A stretch of DNA of 64,000 nt. Origin: the human T2T-CHM13v2.0 reference genome, Homo sapiens. The stretch lies in NCBI RefSeq assembly GCF_009914755.1, contig NC_060940.1, one strand, 5' to 3'. The position numbers and the translations under genes are program-made. The notes below the pieces were generated by a model that worked only from the letters and a program-made list of their open reading frames with translations, was not told the DNA's origin and did not search any database. Shown here piece after piece: positions 48,951-64,000 of this stretch (position 1 is its first letter; every line of letters begins with the position of its first letter).

Positions 48951-51327
48951 CCTGCGGGAAACCCCCAGGGCCTGGTGAAGGGGAGTCGGGGGGCTGAGGG
49001 AGGAAGAGCAGGGAAGCTGGAGAGAAGACCAAGAGGGCAGCGTGGAGAGCCAGCCTGTGGGGCAGATGTCCTGCCACCTCCCGCCCCAGGCACACACCCA
49101 GGGCACCATCAGCTAACCCCCTGCCCCAAATGTGGTAAGAAGGGCGCCCCCAACACGTTGAAGGCGTTTGTTCCTAGACAGCCTGCACTGGGGAGGAAGG
49201 CTGACCCAGCCTCTGCTCCGCTGCCCCCAGACTCAGCTGCCTCACTGCCCCCAACCCTGAGCCCCCAAATGGCCTGGCAGGAGACAGCTTGGCTTAAGAG
49301 TCCCAGGTTCACATCTGGGCTCTGGGCAAGTCGCCCCCACCCTGGGCTGTGAAATGAGATGTGCCATCCTCCTTGCAAAATGTCATTCCCCATTCAGCCC
49401 AGGCCTGGGGGACAGCCAGGGAGCAAGGTGGGATGGGCAGGTGTGGCTCAGCCCCAGTGCCACAAGGCAGGAGCTCCTTGGCGGTCCTCCCTCTGCTCAC
49501 TGGACAGATGGGAGTGTGGTTCTGGTCCTGGCATCAGGCATGAGCAGAGTATGGGGGGGTTCATCCTGCCTCATGCTACTGTCCCAGGGTGAGAGACTGG
49601 GAAGGAGTTACATCACGTCTGGGCGCATGGGAAAGACGGGGGGGTCCCCTGCACCTGGCTCACTCCTGCCCCGTAAGTGCTGAGAGCCACCCAGGCAGCC
49701 AGTGCTTCCTGTACTGGTCACAGACAGATGCATATGCCCACCATTCACAGCAGCTCCGGCCTCTGTGGCAGGTGGCTCCCAGGGCCCACGCAGTTGGCTG
49801 CAGCCAGGCTATCAGCTGCCCAGGAAGCCTGGGGTTTCCAGGGGAACCAAAGGGGTTTCTGCGCACCCAGGATGAGCCAAGTCTTCTGTACACCTGTGCC
49901 AAGACGCCATTATTGCACCCATCCTAGCAACGGGCAGTGGGAGGGGCAGGAGCTGCAGTTGGGGTCAGGGGGGCTGGCCTAGCTGGTTGCCCCAGGAGCT
50001 TAGCACTGGGGACACCAAAGAGACCTTGACTGCCGTCCCCGGCCCACTTGCTGGCTCTGGGACCTTGGGCGGGCTCCCAGCCCTGCGCCTCCGTTTGCCC
50101 ATCTGAGATGCAGGGAGCAAAGGGCACCCCTCTCGGGCCGCTCTGGGGATGAGGAGGTGAATGTGGAGAGGAAAATGCAGGGAGGGTACCGAGCCCCCTT
50201 TTTCTGCCTGGAACATCTTGTTATCACAAAGACACCCCCTCCCCAACCCCGCAGTTCAGGCCACTTGGCTCCTGCGTCACATTTGTCTCCAGGACTGCGA
50301 GCCCCCATCGCCCCTGTCACACGCACATGCCGCGGCGGTTGCCCTGGCAACAGCTCCAGCAGCGGCTGCTCCACTGGCTTCGGGGGACAGCAGGGGGAGC
50401 AGCCTCTTCCACCCAGCAAGGGAGGGGAAGGGGGCTTGTGACTCCCAGGCCCCTGAGGATTTCACGACTGGCTGTGGGGGTGACAGCTTCCAGAAGCACT
50501 GTACCCAGCCTACCAAGCCCCCCCATCTTTTGTGGGGGAGGCTCACAGGGGAAGGCACTGATAGGTTTGAAGGAGGTGAGTCCCCCCCGCAAGCATTGCC
50601 TCTCACAGGGTGGGAGACGCAAACCCTCCTTCCTGTCCTCAGCTCTAGGGTCTGGTCCCGTAAGAGCCTGCACCCAGGGCTCGGGGGCTGGCAGGGACCC
50701 TGGAATCAAGACGAGATATCCGGGAATGGTGTCTGAGCTGGTGTGGGTATAGCTTGGGGCTGGTGACCCTGAATCCCTACAGACACAGCAGGGGCCCGGG
50801 AGCTGGCTCGACAAAGTCCGTTTGGAACCCACCACTGGCATGGTGTGCTCAGGCCCCCACGCTGCCCACTGAGCTTATGAGTCTAGTGCCACTGTGGGGA
50901 GCCGGCCTGGCATGCAGGGCCAACTGTCCGTGAGAGCCTGAGTGGGCGGTAGAACCTGCTGGTCTTCGTTTCCTCTCCTGTCCCGTGAGAATGACTATGC
51001 CCTTTGCGAGGGCCAGTGTGCCCAGCCCGGAGGCACCCTCCGCAGGTGGATGAGGGAGCACTGGCAAGGGAAGGGACCCAGACAGCAAGGCCAGGACCCC
51101 GGGGGGCTGGGGGAGCGCGGTGTCCTAGAAATCAGAGGCCGGCAAGGCTGGGACAGGAACCCAAGAGTGGGTACCTCTCTTGTGGTGGGGCAGAGGTGGC
51201 CTGGCTCTGGGACAGTTTCCATGGAGCGGGGAGGAGACCTCCCTGGGGCTGCTGGGGGGCAGAGGCAGTGCAGAGGTGGAGGGTCTGCACCTGCACCCAT
51301 GCAGAGGAAGAGGGTCTCAGGAGGCTA

Positions 51328-51953
<626 letters not shown>

Positions 51954-52725
51954 CTACACCCGGCATTTTCCAGCGGGGCCCGGCTCGCTTCATGTTCTCG
52001 TTTGTACCAACTATGGGGAGCAGGCCCTGCTTTGTGGGGACACTGCCCCCCACCTTCTACTGTCCACCTCAGGTTTGCTGACCAGCTCCTGGGGTGAGGA
52101 GGGGGCATTGACCCCCGCTGTGCTTGGTGAGCGAGGACCCCCAGGCAGTCCCCTCCAGGGCCTCCTGGCCACATGGGCATCCTCCACCCAGGATGTCAGG
52201 GTTCTGGCGAGTTTTTACCTCCTACATAGGAGAGCTGGGTACCTGGCATCCGTCCTGGCCCCAGAGTGGGCACGGGGGCTGGGGGAGCTGAGTGCTGTGG
52301 CCCAGATCTTGGTCCTCTTGATGCAGCCCCAGGAAACAGGCGCCTCCTGCTGTGCTGTCGCGGGGAGGGGTGTGGGGGGCGAGTGTGGCAACCGCCTCCC
52401 TCGCCAGTGAGACCCCATAAGTCCCTGATGGACCCCCAGCTCTGGGTGGGCACCAGCCCCGCCTTTGACAGCATTTGCTACCTCCTCCCTGAAGCCGCCC
52501 TGCAGGGGGCGCAGGGACTTAGCCGGTCACCCAGCAGGTGTGGGGACAGGAGCCCTCACCGCCTGACCAGGTGCCCAGCGCCATCCAGGCCGTGGGTGAG
52601 CTCCCAGGCCTCTGCCCCACCTCTTCCCGCCCCACCCCCCCACCCCCCCGCCTGCTGTGGTGCACGGAGGGTTGAGTGGACGACCTGAGGCTGCGGGCTG
52701 TGCTCTCTGCTGTAGGTCACCCGCC

Positions 52726-62659
<9,934 letters not shown>

Positions 62660-63613
62660 GTCCATCAGCTGCCAGCCCCGGCCCTGGCCCCCACCCCAAG
62701 TTCCCTGAAGCATCCTCCAGCTCACTGTGGCCAGCTTTGTGCAACCAGGGCCCACGGCGCCCCTCCTGTGCTGTGACGTGTGTGTCGTGGCTGGCCCCGC
62801 GGCGCCTACCGCCCTGGCCGTGTCTGTCTGGTGTGTGCTGTGAACCCCTGCACCCAACCCCACATCTGGGTGGCCAACTTGGCAGGACTTGGCCAGCAGC
62901 TGCCCAGGACACAGTGCAGGCCAGAGCGGGCTTGACCACCTGGTGGGCCTCCCTGCCCGCTTCCTTGGGCTCCCCGGCCCTGGGTGGGCGGTGCGCAGCT
63001 GGTCTCCAGGGACTCAGTGAGTGGCTGTGCTCTCTGCACAACGGGCAATGTGCAGACGCATTTTTGGTAATCACAGCTGGGGAGTGAAAAGGGTGCCACT
63101 GGCACCACTGGGTGGATGGTCCAGAGCCTCCACCCACAGAGGGGATGCAAAGGGCAGGTGAGTCAAGAACCGCATAGGTCTCCAGTCCCCACGGGGCTCC
63201 CAGGCCGGGGAAAGGTTCCCCTGAGGTCACTCTGAGGCCAGGGACGTCACCCAAGGCTGGTGGTCAGTGTGAAGGGCTCCGTGCCAACTGGTCAGCTGTC
63301 CTTCACGCACATATCCGTGGCCACCTGAGACCTGCTCCACGACCCTTCCAGGCAGAGCCGAGAGTTCGCCCCAACCCTTCCCCAGGCCCAGTGTGAAAAA
63401 CAGACTCACAAGGGGCTTCTTGGCCTGCAGCTTCATTTGCGAGAGCGCCGAGGCAGGACACAGAGCACAGCTGTGCTGGAAGTGTGGGGAGAACCCGGAC
63501 AGCTCAGTCCTGCCAGCAGCCGCAAAGAGCCGAGGCTGCCAGGCCCATTTATGTCCCTCATGTCTCTAGATTTTCTCGTCACCCAGCCTCAAAAATATAT
63601 GTGTCTGCAACCC

Positions 63614-63785
63614 TCAGTCTCTCTGCCGTTTCTTGATTCCTTTCCAAACCTCAGCCGGGGCCCTGGCCTCAGCCCCCCGTCCCTGCGTCTGCTCCTCTTC
63701 ACAGCAGCTGCTGCTGGCTCCTCCGCGCTCGGCGCCAGGCCCTGGGTCCTCAGACGCATCACTGTCATCAGTGTCCGAGGGCAGC
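63614..63785 (-). CDS. TSR3: Last coding exon of 18S rRNA aminocarboxypropyltransferase TSR3 (gene continues beyond the window)
   Basis: Minus strand cccag|G CTG CCC TCG GAC... = [22 protein letters not shown]...[11 protein letters not shown]; matches the recalled TSR3 C-terminus and gene order. Confidence 0.88.
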
Positions 63786-64000
63786 CTGGGAGAGGAGGGG
63801 GAGCACGTTCCCAAATGACGTCCTCCCTGGCTAGCTGGAGTCAACGTCATCCACAAAAAGCCCCCAGCCGAGGACAGATTCCTCTTCCTCCCTGTGCTCT
63901 CCACACCCAAACCTCTCCAGTGGGACATGCACTGCAGGTTTTCTAGTCAGAAGACCATCGGGGTGTTGTTTACAACACCACCCCCAGGCAGCAGGAAGGG

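Noticed and set aside
46974-49095. 424-aa and 438-aa ORFs
   Set aside because: CpG-island ORFs with Arg/Pro/Gly composition, one starting in an Alu; expected from high GC.

Overview
Human (or near-identical great-ape) subtelomeric, GC-rich 16p13.3 DNA just distal of the tryptase cluster. In order: (1) a minus-strand mastin/Prss34-like tryptase pseudogene (619-3350) whose five coding exons still form an open 286-aa frame, but with catalytic Ser>Asn and broken splice sites; (2) about 18 kb of nested Alu/LTR/L1/L2 repeats; (3) a 1.1-kb purine-rich GGAATG/GAGG array leading into the CpG-island promoter of UBE2I (UBC9, SUMO E2; CDS 28209-38969, 158 aa; 3'UTR to about 41200); (4) an RPS20 processed pseudogene inserted into an Alu; (5) the complete BAIAP3 gene (Munc13-like C2-MHD-C2 protein, 33 coding exons, 1152 aa, CDS 52726-62659) with several intronic VNTRs; (6) the last exon of TSR3 on the minus strand, tail-to-tail with BAIAP3. 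I cannot support a wholly new multi-gene system. The best second-look items are splice-architecture oddities in BAIAP3 (duplicated acceptor/mini-exon, an acceptor-like VNTR ending in an in-frame TAG, a MER5-like N-terminal coding exon), homotypic TF-motif arrays (TEAD-like upstream of UBE2I; MRE/E-box VNTR and RFX X-boxes in BAIAP3), the frame-intact mastin pseudogene and a predicted translatable UBE2I circRNA. All coordinates were read by eye; repeat boundaries and subfamily names are approximate.
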